64,000 bases of DNA from Macrostomum hystrix. Lineage: Eukaryota > Animalia > Platyhelminthes. Location: positions 8,990,001-9,054,000 of the forward strand of contig CATNEN010000039.1 of the NCBI GenBank assembly GCA_950097015.1, written 5' to 3'. The position numbers and the translations under genes are program-made. The notes under the pieces are model-generated. The model was not told the DNA's origin and did no database searches. It worked only from the letters and a program-made list of their open reading frames with translations. Shown here piece by piece: positions 1 through 12,938 of this stretch (position 1 is the stretch's first letter; every line of letters starts with the position of its first letter).

Positions 1-66
1 GATTGTCTGATTTAGCTGATTTTGACACGAAAACCTTCACAAGACGCATAGTCAAGAAATGCAAAC

Positions 67-3000
67 CTCAGCCTTCTCAATCTGGGCCTCCTTCTCCTTA
101 ACGAATTGCTCAGGAATGCCGCAGTCGCTCTTCTGGGCGGAGTCGAGCAGGCCGCACAGCTCCGAGACGAAGATTCGAGCGTTCTTGGCGTTCAGAAAGC
201 CGGTCAGGTTGATCTGCATGTCCTTCAGGTCCGGGTTCTGCAAAGGATTAAATAATGGAGCAAAGCATTCAATGACGATATTATTTGAAAAAAACTTCTT
301 TGTAGATTAAAGAAATAGCTGCTAAAAGTTGAAAAGTTGGTTGTTTCTGTCAAATGTTCTTTGTCTTTCTGCCTAGATATTTTTGTACTTTTACTCATAC
401 TGACTGGCCAGCATCCGAGCTCGCCAGGGCTGGCTGATTTAGGAAATTAATCCTCTTTTTATTCGAACGGCGCTTCTCTTTGTGGCCTGAAATAAAAGAA
501 AAATGAATAGGGAAAACAGAGGTTAGCACGCGCTCAGGTGGGTCGTCAGCTGAAGTTCTAATCCTAAATTAGCTGTCTGAACCCACAGCTTACAGGAGGC
601 CTACATTTTCATCAATCCTGACTACTCAAAGCTATTCCCGTTAGCCCTGACTAATTACAAGCATTCCCATTAACACTGACTAATTGCAGGTATTCTCATG
701 AGCCCAGACTAATTACAGGCACTCCCATGAACCCTAAGTACCCACTGGTATTCCCATTAACCATGACTAATTACAGGTATTCCCATTAACCCTGACTAAT
801 TACAGGTATTTCCATTAACCCTGACTAATTACAGGTATTTCCATGAGCCCTGACTAATTACAGGTATTCTCATTAACCATGACTAATTACAGGTATTTCC
901 ATGAGCCCTGACTAATTACAGGTATTCTCATTAACCATGACTAATTACAGGTATTTCAATGAGCCCTGACTAATTACAGGTATTCTCAGTAACCATGACT
1001 AATTACAGGTATTCCCCTGAATCCCAAGTACTACCAGGTATTCCCATGAACTCTGAGTACTCACAGGTATTCCCATGAACCCTGAGTACTCACAGGTATT
1101 CCCATGAACCCTGAGTACTCACAGGTATTCCCATGAACCCTGAGTACTCACAGGTATTCCCATGAATTCCCATAGGAATTCAACTCTAAATACAGCATAA
1201 ATAATATCCTTTAACTTATAAAAGTATTCCAAATGACGCAATTATTGCACAATGATACCTGCTATAACGTTTCGGGAACGTTTGTGTTTGAAACGCATGA
1301 AATTTCGCCGATTCTCAATACTATTTTTTGCTTAAACATAACAGGTTATAACTAATTTGTAACCGATTTTAACAGCACTGTTGCATTTTTTCTATTAAAT
1401 TATAGTTAAGCATAGAAGAGACCCGGACCCACCTGTTGGCATAGCAACCGCGGACAATTAACCGTGTGAAAATCAGTGCGCGAAGCCTCGCTGGGCTGGC
1501 AGTGAGTAGAGAGACTGCCTAACACGGTACTTGCCTTCTCACACCTGGCAGAGTCTCAGGCTACAGAGTGAATTGCGACCGTTTTAAGGTAGTTGTAAGT
1601 TAGCAAGCTTCAGTCGGTAGCATAATATTATCATGTATGTATAAAACATTTCAATTTGACGGGCGAATCAGTACAAAATAAAACGACTGAATCCTAAACA
1701 CTTAACAGGTGGTCAGTAACTGCGAATGCCACCTTTGGCTTTTTACGTCCTATAACCTATAAGTATCACTAACTGTGATTTCTAATTAAGCGATGACACC
1801 GACTGGACGATAAAACTGCTCTTTGGCGATTGGTAACAGTGGTCAGTTTATAAAGGCGGTACCTACCGTTTTAAGGTCTGCACGGCATTTATAAAAAAAA
1901 CAATTAAACCCCCATATAAAAATTGTACTCAATAAACAGTTATTGAAAGCTCTGAAGCTAGCAATTCAAGAGCACTAACCTGATTCTCCAGGTAGGTAAA
2001 CACAAACTCTGTGACTACGTCGTCTTCGAAAGTGAGAATCTCGGTTAGCCGCTTTGTGATCCACGGTTTAATGGTGTCCAGCTTTACTTTCTTCATGTCG
2101 ATCTGAAATTTAATGAAAAGTTCCTTGTGTCAACTTTTTGGAGTGATAGCTAGGCCTGATTAATGCAGACGGAGTGATAGCTGGGCCTGATGACTGCAGA
2201 TGGAGTGATAGCTGGGCCTGATAAATGGAGATGGAGTGATAGCTGGGCCTGATAAATGGAGATGGAGTGATAGCTCGGCCTGATGAATGGAGATGGAGTG
2301 ATAGCTGGGCCTGATTAATGGAGATGGAGTGATAGCTGGGCCTGATGAATGGAGATGGAATGATAGCTGGGCCTGATGAATGCAGATGGAGTAGGGAGGC
2401 ATAAATGGAATTTTGATTGATAAATAAAGGATAAAAAGAAGCAATGTTGGTAAATAAAGAAACAAGAAAATACCTTTGTTTCTAGATTGCTGGCAAAGGT
2501 CATAGACTTTAACAGCTTTTTCTGCTTGTCAGAAAATCGCGAGTCCTGATCAGCAGCAACTCCCTAAAAAAGATTCAAAGATTTGACTTGTAGTGACTTG
2601 TAGTACTGGCTATAAAATGACAACACTAGTTGTAGCAATATATTTAGCATAAATTGGTCAGTTCCTGCAAACCAAAATTTGAAATTCAAATTTTCATACC
2701 AGCTGAATGACATTAAGAAAGCTAACCTTTTGCAACAAATTGTCAGGTTACAATAACCTTATCATATTTACAATACATGTAAAGGTAATTGAAAAAAACA
2801 TTTTTATGGTCAGTTTTCATATTTGAATTTGAGTATCAATTCTTTCACTTGCTTTAATTGCTATTTGAGTGAGTAGTAAATTTAGTTTTTCTTTCATATT
2901 CAAGATCCAATAGCATACATGTACATTCAGTTTTACAGTTACAGATATCTAACAAACTACATAAGGATATTAAAGCGTAGTAAATAAGTCAAATACACAT

Positions 3001-6000
3001 AAATTTCCTATTCAATAAAGTAAATAAGTCTTGCTTCTAAATAAAGTTCATAGGCAATTTTTAAGAACATGATAATTGGGTTAAAGAAAATATGTGCTGA
3101 ATTTAATTATATTTTTTACTTTTAGTTCTGTCTAAATTAGCTTTTGTTCATTTTTTATTTAGATTTTTGTTTGTTTGGTGGCCTTGGGTGAGTTTTGGCA
3201 TACACTTTAGTAAGAAGTTTGGGAATTAGCTTACAACATACATGCGCAACACCCGGCCGACCCGGCCGAACCGGCCGGGTGAAACGAGGGCCAAGCAAGG
3301 TAAGTCGCAAAAACCAATCAACCAAGTGCAAAAAAATCAAAGGGGGGACCAAGGGACAAAAGAGGAAGGCGTGAAGAAAAGGAAAAAGGGGAGAGAAAAA
3401 GAGAGCAAATGAGAGCAAACTAAGTCGTAAATAGAGCAATGAAAGGAACTAAGTCGCAAATGAGAGCAAAAACTAAGTCGCACGGCCGGCTAAGATTTGG
3501 GAGGTTGCGCATGTATGGCTTACAATGTGTATTTCCTAGCTAAAAAAGGTGGAAATTATAGATTGCTATACACCAAGCCATAGTTTGAACTAAATACACA
3601 AGCAATTTCCAAGGCCACATTATCATAGTCCAGATTTGTTTTCAGATGGCATGTATGGCATGCATTGGTATATATTTTAAGGGTTGGTGTACACTTTGGC
3701 ATGCATGGCAATGGTGTAGCGTACAATCATACATTTAAAGAGATCAAATATGTACAATCTGTATGTACAATTACAAATATCAACCAATTATTTAACAGAC
3801 TTTGCATGAGTAAAACAAAATGTTCTGTTATCTGTAAAAACATTTTTAAATTTTGTAAATTGGACTATAAATACTATATATAAATAAAATGTTCTGCTTG
3901 ATATTGCTTTTTGTTAAATACAAAAATGGAAGTCAGTTTGTCTCTTTAAAGTGAAAAATATGTTACATCTTTTTAATACAAATCATATGATGTACCACTT
4001 TGGCGTGCACTGGCATACAATTTTGAACAAACTGTGCACCCTTGGCGTGCAAACAATTTTTTCAGTTTTTCTTCTAGCATGCAGCCAACATGATCCAGAT
4101 TATGACACATTATGGGCACTTTCTACACTACATAGTTAAGCCATACCCTTTTTAAGCTAGGCAAGGCTGTATCCATGTTTCTCTGCTTTTTCATTGCTTT
4201 GTTTTCCATTGTTACAATTTAAAAAAAGTATCAAAATATTTTGACAAACAAAAGGGAATGAATGCCAATTTATCAGTATTAACTATATGGTCTTTGTGTT
4301 GTATATGATATATGCAAAGAATTATAAAAATGTTAATATACAATGTCTTAGCTAGGCCCTAGGGCATAGAATCCCAGTTGTTTCATTTCCTAAATGTTTT
4401 ATTTATAACCTACATTCAAACAGTTTTATTTACTAAGACTAGTAGTAAGGAATAGTTTGGGTTTAGTTCAGGGTCCACAACCCACTGTTAGCAGTGGGCC
4501 ACATTCAATATTAATTTACAATACTCAGCCCACAAAATTTGCATAAAAATTAAGACAAATTCAAAGTCAATATACAAGGGACGTTGCAAAAGTTTCCAGA
4601 CTAATGCTAATCCTGGTGACATTTTGTATTTGATTTAGCTGAAAATTGATGTCTATGGTATTCAGCCGTAGAAAAAACTTTTCCTAAAATTTTATGCAGC
4701 TTAGTCAACAACAGCATACATGAGGGCCAAAATAGGTTGCAACCCTATGAAGCTGTTGACACAATTTTTCACAAACCAAAAGTGAGCAAAAATGAGTCGA
4801 CCAAAGAATCCATTGGAGTTCGGGTCTAAGAAAGCCAGCTTCCAACGACTGCTGAACCACCCAGCCTATATTCCCGATCTCGCCATTGCCAATTTCCACC
4901 TCTTTGGCCCAATGAAGATGCCAATGCGGAGAGAGATCTTCACAACGTGCGAGGAGGTCATTGAAGCAGCCAACAAGTCTCTACGTAAGTTTGATGCTAG
5001 CTTCTAGGAGTCTGGCTTTAACAAGCTGATTCAGCGCTACCAAAATGCATCTCCATAAATGGTGAATACATGGAACAAGCCAGCAATCAACCTGTGGATG
5101 CATCCAGCTATAGAAAGGACAGTGACAGGGATTGGTAGCTGTAACTCGAAAATCATATTTCATGACTATAATAATCTAGTGTACAATTGTTTATCAGTTT
5201 GGACCATCACCTTCAAACTTTCTGAAACTTTATAATATTATAAAATATAGTTGCCTATTTGTCTGTTTAATTTTTTGCTGAATCAGGCTAAAATTATCAC
5301 CATGACGAGCATTAGTCTGGAAACTTTTGTAACACTAACACCCCTTGTAGTATGACTCACTTGCTGAGATGACTTATGTCCCTTGTCCTTGGACAGTAGT
5401 TCAAAATTAGGCTTGATATACGAAAGCAGCAGTGAATCCTCCAGTTGAGAAATTTTTTAGGCCTATCAATTTTACTCAGTGGGCCACATCAAATGCAAAA
5501 TAAGAAAGAGGGCTACAGGCCACATAGAACTGGCCCCTGGTTTAGCTATTTAATCTGTCTGAGGTATCTTGCTAAAGGACAAAAAGGACACAAATGGTTC
5601 CAGTGAAGTAAGGAATCGAACTCCTGACCTTAAAGTGATGAGTCAGACGCTCTAACCACAAGGCTACAACATATTGTGGTAGTATGTTTTAAAGGTTTTT
5701 ATTTTTGTATTGTATGTACATTTTATCATTTCTTACGTTATAAAATTAGTAAAAATTAAAAAATCAAAAATGCGCCAAAAAATATTTTGTTTTACTTTTT
5801 ACCGTCATAAAAAAATACTGTATATAAATATTTGGTTTTAATTTGTACCATATGCACAATATTATGTATAATGTTTCAATTTAAACAAATGCTAAGTTTT
5901 ACTGTATATATAGCTGCAATTTTTTACCAAGAAAATAAAGTTGTTGTGAGTTGTGTGTTGTGTAAACTAAAGTGTTAAGTGTTAAGTGTTAAGTGTGTGT

Positions 6001-6663
6001 TTTAAAGCAAATTTCGAATTTTGAAGTGTTACATTGTGTTATTCATTTTAAGAGAAGATAGTAGTGAGAAATATACTCAGAATCATACTCCGAACTATAC
6101 TCAGAACTATACTAAGAATTATACTCAGAATTATACTAAGAATATTACAAAAGAGAAACTGCCAAACTCTAATCTCGGGGACGCCTAATTGACTGGAGAC
6201 GCATACAGTTGCCTAAATACCGCTCGTACAAATTCATACGCTACCATTTGAGAAGTTAAAACGGCCCATTTAAGGACCGCCAGTTAAATATCTATTAAAT
6301 TAAGTCAACAGCGGTGGGATCTTAATTAATAATTTTGCCCTGCAACAACTTTAGTGGCATTCGGTAAAATTAGATAATTAATTAGCTTAAGAAGTAAAGA
6401 CCTGGTACAGCTTTGGTGGCATCATTGAGATAAATACATGACTAAGAAAATAGGCCTACAAGTACAACAACTTTGGTAACAGCGGTGGGATAGTTAATTT
6501 CCACCTGTAACACTATCAGGCGAATATATAAAAAACTTGAAGTAGCCAGCCATAGTATTTCAATAATAGAATTAAATAATTAGGCCTAAGCAGGAAGAAT
6601 GTAAAATATTACGTATATATTGCATTTACAAGTGCTTACCCTGAAAAATCCAGCATCAGCCAT
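67..6663 (-). CDS. SRRM1: SRRM1/SRm160 splicing coactivator, N-terminal PWI domain (5' part; gene continues past left edge)
   Basis: Exons 6663-6640 (MADAGFFR), 2563-2474 (GVAADQDSRFSDKQKKLLKSMTFASNLETK), 2102-1980 (IDMKKVKLDTIKPWITKRLTEILTFEDDVVTEFVFTYLENQ), 237-67 (NPDLKDMQINLTGFLNAKNARIFVSELCGLLDSAQ...). All joined by phase-0 GT-AG introns; matches the recognisable SRRM1 PWI N-terminus. Confidence 0.95.
640..1170. repeat. 29-bp minisatellite (CCCTGACTAATTACAGGTATTCCCATTAA), SRRM1 intron 3
   Basis: Tandem units visible; unit drifts to CCTGAGTACTCACAGG... at the right end. Confidence 0.9.
2140..2392. repeat. 31-bp minisatellite (GGAGTGATAGCTGGGCCTGATAAATGGAGAT), SRRM1 intron 2
   Basis: Units start at 2171, 2202, 2233. 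Confidence 0.9.
3237..3517. mobile_element. hAT-type non-autonomous MITE (281 bp)
   Basis: Perfect 14-bp TIR CATACATGCGCAAC / GTTGCGCATGTATG; perfect 8-bp TSD GCTTACAA at 3229-3236 and 3518-3525. Confidence 0.9.
3535..4161. mobile_element. degenerate TIR element (possible MITE)
   Basis: Inverted ends CCTAGCTAAAAAAGG / CCTTTTTAAGCTAGG and internal repeated (C)TTTGGC(A/G)TGCA motifs; no clear TSD. Confidence 0.4.
4469..5539. mobile_element. old hAT/Charlie-like MITE interrupted by a mariner
   Basis: CAGGG...CCCCTG ends, subterminal GGGCCACAT motifs, 7/8 TSD GTTTAGTT (4461-4468) / GTTTAGCT (5540-5547). Confidence 0.6.
4575..5347 (+). mobile_element. internally deleted mariner (Tc1/mariner) relic
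   Basis: TA flanks; TIR core CAAAAGTTTCCAGACTAATGCT at both ends; degraded transposase C-terminus HPAYIPDLAIANFHLFGPMK (cf. HPPYSPDLAPSDFHLF) at about 4850-5070 with an in-frame stop. Confidence 0.9.
5563..5667 (-). mobile_element. truncated tRNA-derived SINE (same family as 58925-59220)
   Basis: Reverse strand reads GCCTTGTGGTTAGAGCG (A box)...GGAGTTCGATTCC (B box)...ATTTGTGTCC..TAGCAAGA, colinear with the 58.9-kb copy. Confidence 0.8.
6071..6145. repeat. 12-bp tandem repeat (ATACTCAGAATT)
   Basis: About six adjacent units. Confidence 0.75.
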
Positions 6664-8567
6664 TTTTTATCGAGACAACTAGTCAAGAACACAGTATGGG
6701 CTGAGCAAAAATTTAAATAACAAAAAACTAAGTAACGGAGACTTCTTTTGAATGATGCTTTTAGATAGTAGCTAACACTGAACTACAGAGTAACAGAGTA
6801 CAGACACTGATACAGTTGCATAGATGGTGGCAATAATATTATTGTAAGTAAACAAGAAATCTAAGAATTTAAAACATGGATAGCATATTTAATTTTGCGT
6901 TCATATATTGAAACTAATTTGGTTGTTTCTAATTATTTTATTAAGAACCTACTTAAGTGGCTAAAGTCTTTATTATTATTCGATGTTTGAAGAACTTTTT
7001 GTTTTATTGAAAGTATAATATTTTCCGTGTGTTCAAAAGTGTTTTGTCATTGGTTCATTCAATTTCCATCTAAACAATATTGTTTAATATAAGAGCTTTG
7101 TTTATTATAGTTCATGAACTGTATGCTGCGCTTGCTTGAGGATGTAAAGTAAACTAAAAGGCAGTTTGAACCATGTAAAGAAATTAGTCGCTAAACTGGA
7201 CTTGTAAATATATATATATATATTGTCGAAAGTGCATTTTAAGTGTCAAAGTTTTGGTAAAGAATGCACAAAAATTATTATCGAATTCAGGCGCCGCAAT
7301 TGATACGTTATCTGTTTAATTTTGATTTTGATTTGGTCGAATCTGCTAAGTGCGTGTATTGTAAAGCAATTAGCATTCCGTTGTACAGACTGCTTGGATA
7401 ACAACAACGGTAACAATAAAGACTATAGTTAGGCAGCAACTAATAAAGAATTCATGCAGTGCCTGACATGCACAGCATGCCCCGACAAGTACGCGCTTAT
7501 AATACATATTTAAATGTAATTTAATTGTTTTATACATGCATGCCAATGTGTGAAACAAAATCTTAAAATTAAACTTTGACATAACTACATTATTATGCGC
7601 GCAGTACGTCGCCGCTTGAGTGCAGTCGAGCTCAAGTTTGACCTGAGTGACTCCACACTGCATGGTTTGACCCTAATAAGCAGAAGTGAAGTATTTCGAG
7701 TTCAATACGTTCTTCCAGCTTCTGTGCATGTGTGCTTCTCCAGGGGATAATCTCTTAGATAATAGACTGCCGCGATTTACCATATTTGGCTTAATTTATT
7801 CAATTACAAATTATGCGACACTCGGCACAAGTAATTGAGCTTTCCCACTTTCCTAGTTTTTTTATTTTACATTCACACGGAAAAAAATTACCCTAAATAA
7901 CAATTTTGTTAAAAATTAAAAAACGTTTTAGTAAGAGCAAAATATATGGCTCTACCAGAATAATGTACATAGGTATGATGTACTGGTTCATGTACTACAA
8001 GGTCAGAGAAAATTTTACTGCAGTACGTACATTTTTTAGTACGTTGTACGAAACCAATAAAAAATGTAGTGCTTAAAAAATTGCAAATTAGCAACTGATC
8101 ATGGTATACAATTACATACAGATTAAACTTTCAAAATAGTATGACGCATCACTCTCAATAATATAAAACGGGCCTTTATGATTTGATTAGTAAATAACCA
8201 GCTTAGTAAGAACTAAGAAGTAATAAGCTATAAATATTAATATCTAGCTGTAATTTACAGCTATAAATTAGGTGCGTGCTTGGTACAATGATGAAGCGAG
8301 AAGTGTATAAATTGCTTAATCGATCCGGTTTATAAAAAGAGCACTTCATGACGAGCGATATATAGTTAAAATGTCAGCAGGAAGCTTCACAAAAAACTGG
8401 CAACGAAAAAGTCTGGGACTCATCATACAAGCATGCTGCGCTTTTTAATTTTGCTGCCACAGTGCAGTATTATGTAGTCAAGCTAACAGGGTTACGTAAA
8501 GGTAAGCCAAAGGAAAAGCCACGCTAAGGTAATTCAAATACGCACAGAAGAGCAGTATTCAAGGTAT

Positions 8568-11500
8568 TCAAGCAGTTTCAACTGAAACGAAATGGTCTCC
8601 AGATAAGCGGGCCCCGGCCTCGCCGTTCGCGGCAGCCATCACCGCCCAATGCAGTTCAGCCCAATTGAACACTTCGCCCGACTCGTTGAGGTGACCAGTC
8701 ACGAGCAGGGCTGTCCGCCATCCCGATGGCAAACGAACGGTTACTGGTTTTAGGAATCGAACCCCAGGGGGGCCTAGAAGGAGGGTTCGGGCGCCCATCA
8801 CCGCTAGTTGAAGCCGCTGCAGGCGGCCAATATCAATGGCCCCGGCTGGCACCTCCAGAGCCGCGCCTGTGCGCGAGCATCGCAGCTCCCCACCAGAAAA
8901 GTCAAACAGCCCGGTGCATCGAGACAACGGCTGGGTCTGCTGGGGTGTCTGCTGCGGCGTCTGCTGCGGCTTCGGCTGCGGCTTCGGTGGCGACTCAGGC
9001 TTTGGGCGCCAGAATTCAAACGGATCGCCGAACGCCGCCCCAGTTGTCATCGTAGACTGCGGACTGTCGCGAGAACAGCAGCTGCCTGATGGGCTGCACC
9101 TACGCTGGTTGAGTTCGCAATGGTTTTCTCCACAATGCTCCCACTCGTTGCTGCCCTGGCGCTGCATGGAATACGTTGGCAGCTCTTCGTCGTGCTGACT
9201 GGACTCTGGAAGCCAGGTGGGTAAAAGGTCTGTAAAAATGTGGGTAAAAAGTCTGTTGCTTCGCAGAGACTTCACATGTAACATTTCTTTAAGATTACGA
9301 TCTACTTTTTAGTAGATAGCTTCGTAGTCCGGGGTGCTTTCAAGCTCGGAATTTCACAATGTCAAAAAGCAAATTATTTCATAAGGTCGAAGTTAGTAAC
9401 GTAAAAAAATATTTAAAATCTAACACTCCAAAACAAAGGACGTCACATAGTAAACATTTTTACCTCCTAATGACAACCTGTATATTTATCACTCTGCATT
9501 TTTACTATGATTTCGACCTAATAAAGTTTCGGCCTTGTGAAATTTCGAGTTTTTGAAAGCCTGCGTAGTCCATGAGAGAACTGTACACACAGGACTCGAG
9601 TTTAACGAGATGTCTATTCAAAACAGCTCGACCATTGGTTGCAAAATAGAGAGTATACTCAAACAAGAAGATGTATTTTTTCGCACTTCAAAGGCAGCGA
9701 ACACTTACTAGTGCAGCACAGATTCGGCTCCGAAAGCGCCCTGACCGGTCGATCGTCCTTCTCTGCCAGCCACAGCGTCTGGCATTGCTGCAAGTGAATC
9801 AGGCCGTCCAGTCCGGTCAGCAGTGGGCTCAGGTCCGGCTGGTCAACGGTAAACTCGTAAGTGAACAAGTGGCTGCACCATCGCTCCAGTCGGCAGCTGT
9901 CCTGATAAAGACGCTTGGAGCCGCGCTCCTTGCGAATCTTCTTCACTACGAGGCGGTTGGATGCGCGCACGAACAGAACGATGGGAGCCAGCTGAGCAAA
10001 GCAGAGACGGTCGACAGCTACCGGATTCAGATCCAATACGCAGTGCTTCCCAAGTGCTACCACTGTACGAATGTCTGATAGCTTCACCTAACAAATGATG
10101 CACGAGGAAAATTTGAGTTGGAGAGTATACGACAATACTTCATGCAAACTTGCAAGCTTCAAGACGTCCCTTGAAATCGGATATTCGTAGGACCACCCGA
10201 TAAGGTTTTAATTCATTAGCGACTATACTACTAATATTGCCAATGATTCCCAGACTTTCCACTCTTGCAAAGCGAATCACACAGAACAGACTTACTGTCG
10301 GCCCACCATGCTTCGGCAGCTCAAATCTATCCGGATGAGTGTTGACGAGGTGGTTCCGCACCAGGTCAGCGAACGGTCCGAACACGACCACCGGTCGACA
10401 GAAAGCAACCCGTCTCTGAGCCACTCGCTCGTAGGGCGGGAACGCTGTCGGCAGCTCGCAGCCCGCATTGGCCATGACAATCTGATCGGCCCGATTCGCG
10501 CAGGGAATCAGCCGAGCTTCGGTCTCGGCCGGCAGCGGATGAACTCGCACTGCTTCCCAGCTGCCCACAACTCCACCGACCAGCGTGTCTCGCACCATGA
10601 ATACAGTGTTTCGACTGAAAGCTGACTCGCCCGGTGCTGGAGTCGAGTAAGAAAAGTGTGCCCGAACGTAGAATTTATCACCTGGCTGCTGGCTAGCCAA
10701 GAACGCTCGATGTTCAGCCTGAGCGTGCACTAAAATTACTTGTAGGGCCCGACCTTTGGCTCGTAGAAGAAACAGCAGCGCCTCCTCCTTTGTGGCACGC
10801 ACGAGGCTTTTATCGTTTATGGAAAGCAGCCGATCGCTTGGGCGAATACCTGCGCGATCAGCAGCGGCACCCGGGGTCACCTTGCGCACGAAGATGCCAA
10901 CAGCGTTGCCGCCGTCGAGCTGCACTCCGATCGAGCCATCTGGATCAGGCCGCACAAGCAGGGTCTTTTCCTCACCTTTGCCGTCAAAGAGCTCCGATTT
11001 AAGACTAGGCCTGTGCGAGTCCGACATCTTCAACTCGTCTTCCATGAAGCTCATAAGACGGTTCCGAGGTTCCACTGCCTGATGTAGCTTCTGATCGACT
11101 TTCGTACCGATTGCTTTAGCTTCTTTTGGGATCTTTCCTAGGTGGAAAGTGGCCTTTTCAGTCTGTTTAGGTGGCATGAGCTCATCCATAAAGTCATGCA
11201 CATCTTTTTTCGATACCAATGATGGTCGGGGCTCCGTTAGGCTAGAAACTTGTTTTGTTGAAAGGTGTTGTTGACTCGGAACATTGTCCGAATATGGCTT
11301 GCCTGTGTTCTCTCTGCTTCCGGAAATGCTGAGATAATTTCTATTTGCGCCTCCGTTTTGTAGCTGTGATTCTCGATACTGTGGGTTCAACGCTTTTTCG
11401 CCTCTTGGTGCTGCAGCTGTCTGCTGGCTAGTCTTGAATGCACTAATCGTCTGCTGCGCATCTGCAAGACTTTGATCGGCTTGGTTAAGAGCGGTCGTAG

Positions 11501-12938
11501 ATAGAGATAGAGCACTGGATTGTTGTGTGGGCTTGTCAATCCTGCGATGCATGAAGGATTGATCATCTCTTCGGCCATTCTGATGCTCCGTTGATCTAGC
11601 GAGTCCAGACATGATTTCCTGAGTGCCTACGATAGACTCGCTGAGCCGGTGATCGAACATATTCTCTCGAGGACCCATCTTATCCGCGGTTGGCTTGGCA
11701 CGCGCAGTGGACACACTAATGGTTGGTCTATTGTCACTGGCTAGCTCCACTCGGGTAGGAAGCAATAGTTCGGCTGGCTTGATAACAGTCCCAACTTTTC
11801 TTGGCTTAAACGATTCAGTAGATTTCGAGTTGATCATTTCCTTACTGCTTAACAAGCTGCTCAACTGCTGCGCGCTGCTTGCTGGTCTGTGAAGGACTGC
11901 ACTATCCTTGCCGTTTAACTTTGACACGTTGCCCCTGCACTGACTCACCGAATCTCCTACATCTGACTGAACTCGAGTTCTTTGCTCTGAGACGGATGTC
12001 TCAGCTGAGAAGTACGAACTCGGACTTGTTGGATTCGTTGTCTTGGGCGTCAGATTGTCCCTTCTATTCGTTTGTCCAGAATGACTAGCGCTTAAGTAGC
12101 TGCTGTCATCGTCTTCCTTGCTTGTGATGAGGTCTGACCCAAGACCTTGAAAGAATTTCGCTCCCTTGGTTCCATTCGTCGGAGTCATAAGCATCTTATC
12201 CTTTTCAATTTTATGCTTTCCAGGTGAATGGTGCTGCTGGTTCTGTTGGCTCTGCAGGGAGTGCGATTGTCTGCGTTCAGAAGTCGAGGCATTGGACTGG
12301 ATCGAATTCTGGGTCTCCAATTTCGACGGCATCGATGGTGTGCGACTATTTGTCTTGTACCGAAGCGTTGTCGATTGCGCCGAGTCAACAAGACGAGCTA
12401 GGTGCGCTGGCGATGCCAACTGCTGCACAGAGACACCGTTGATGCTCTCCAGAGTCTTTGAGACCACCAGCTGACTTTTCTCTGTCTCGCAAGATCGAAC
12501 AACGAATGTAACCTCCACAAAAAAGTTGTCCGACTCTTCATTTTCTAGATGGCAGCCATTAGTACAGCTTCCAACAGGGTCCTGGCGCGAGTCAAGCCTG
12601 GTTGGTCCTATTCTTGTCGTCGCGGGCGCCCTCGACGGGTCCAACATTCGCTCCACTAGCAAGCTAACGACGCGACTTCGCTGCAGCAGTGAAATCGCCC
12701 CGTCATGCGTGACGCGACGCATTGAAGCTCCGTTGCAGCCCAGCAGAAGATCACCCGGCCGCAGGTAGCCGTCCGCTGGCCCACCGGGTATCACGGCGCT
12801 CACGTAGACACCTCCGGGCAGCTCGTCGATGCCGACGCCAGGACGGACTGGTTGACTGTCGATGCCGCCGGAAACTTCAATGCCCAGACCGAAGTTTTGA
12901 GTCCGAGTTAGCGTCACGGTCAGCTGAACACTTTCCAT
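8568..12938 (-). CDS. TJP1: ZO-1/polychaetoid-like tight-junction MAGUK (PDZ, degenerate PDZ, PDZ, SH3, GUK, ZU5), about 1227 aa
   Basis: Exons 12938-10296, 10087-9709, 9229-8568 splice in frame (phase 0, phase 1). PDZ1 (FGLGIEVSGG...DGYLRPGDLLL), PDZ3 (SIGVQLDGGNAVGIFV), SH3 (GDKFYVRAHFSY...DTLVGGVVGSWEAVRV), GUK (RPVVVFGP; KHCVLDLNPVAVDRLCFAQLAPIVLF), C-terminal ZU5 (GLFDFSGGEL...GPPGVRFLKPVTVRLP...DHF). Confidence 0.9.
9331..9563. mobile_element. MITE in ZO-1 intron 2
   Basis: Imperfect long TIR (GCTTTCAAGCTCGGAATTTCACAA vs revcomp GCTTTCAAAAACTCGAAATTTCACAA); 8-bp direct repeat CGTAGTCC at 9323-9330 and 9564-9571. Confidence 0.65.

Noticed and set aside
7021-7885. Inverted TTTTCCGTGTG / CACACGGAAAA pair
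   Set aside because: Only about 11 bp, no TSD, orientation suggests ends of separate decayed elements.
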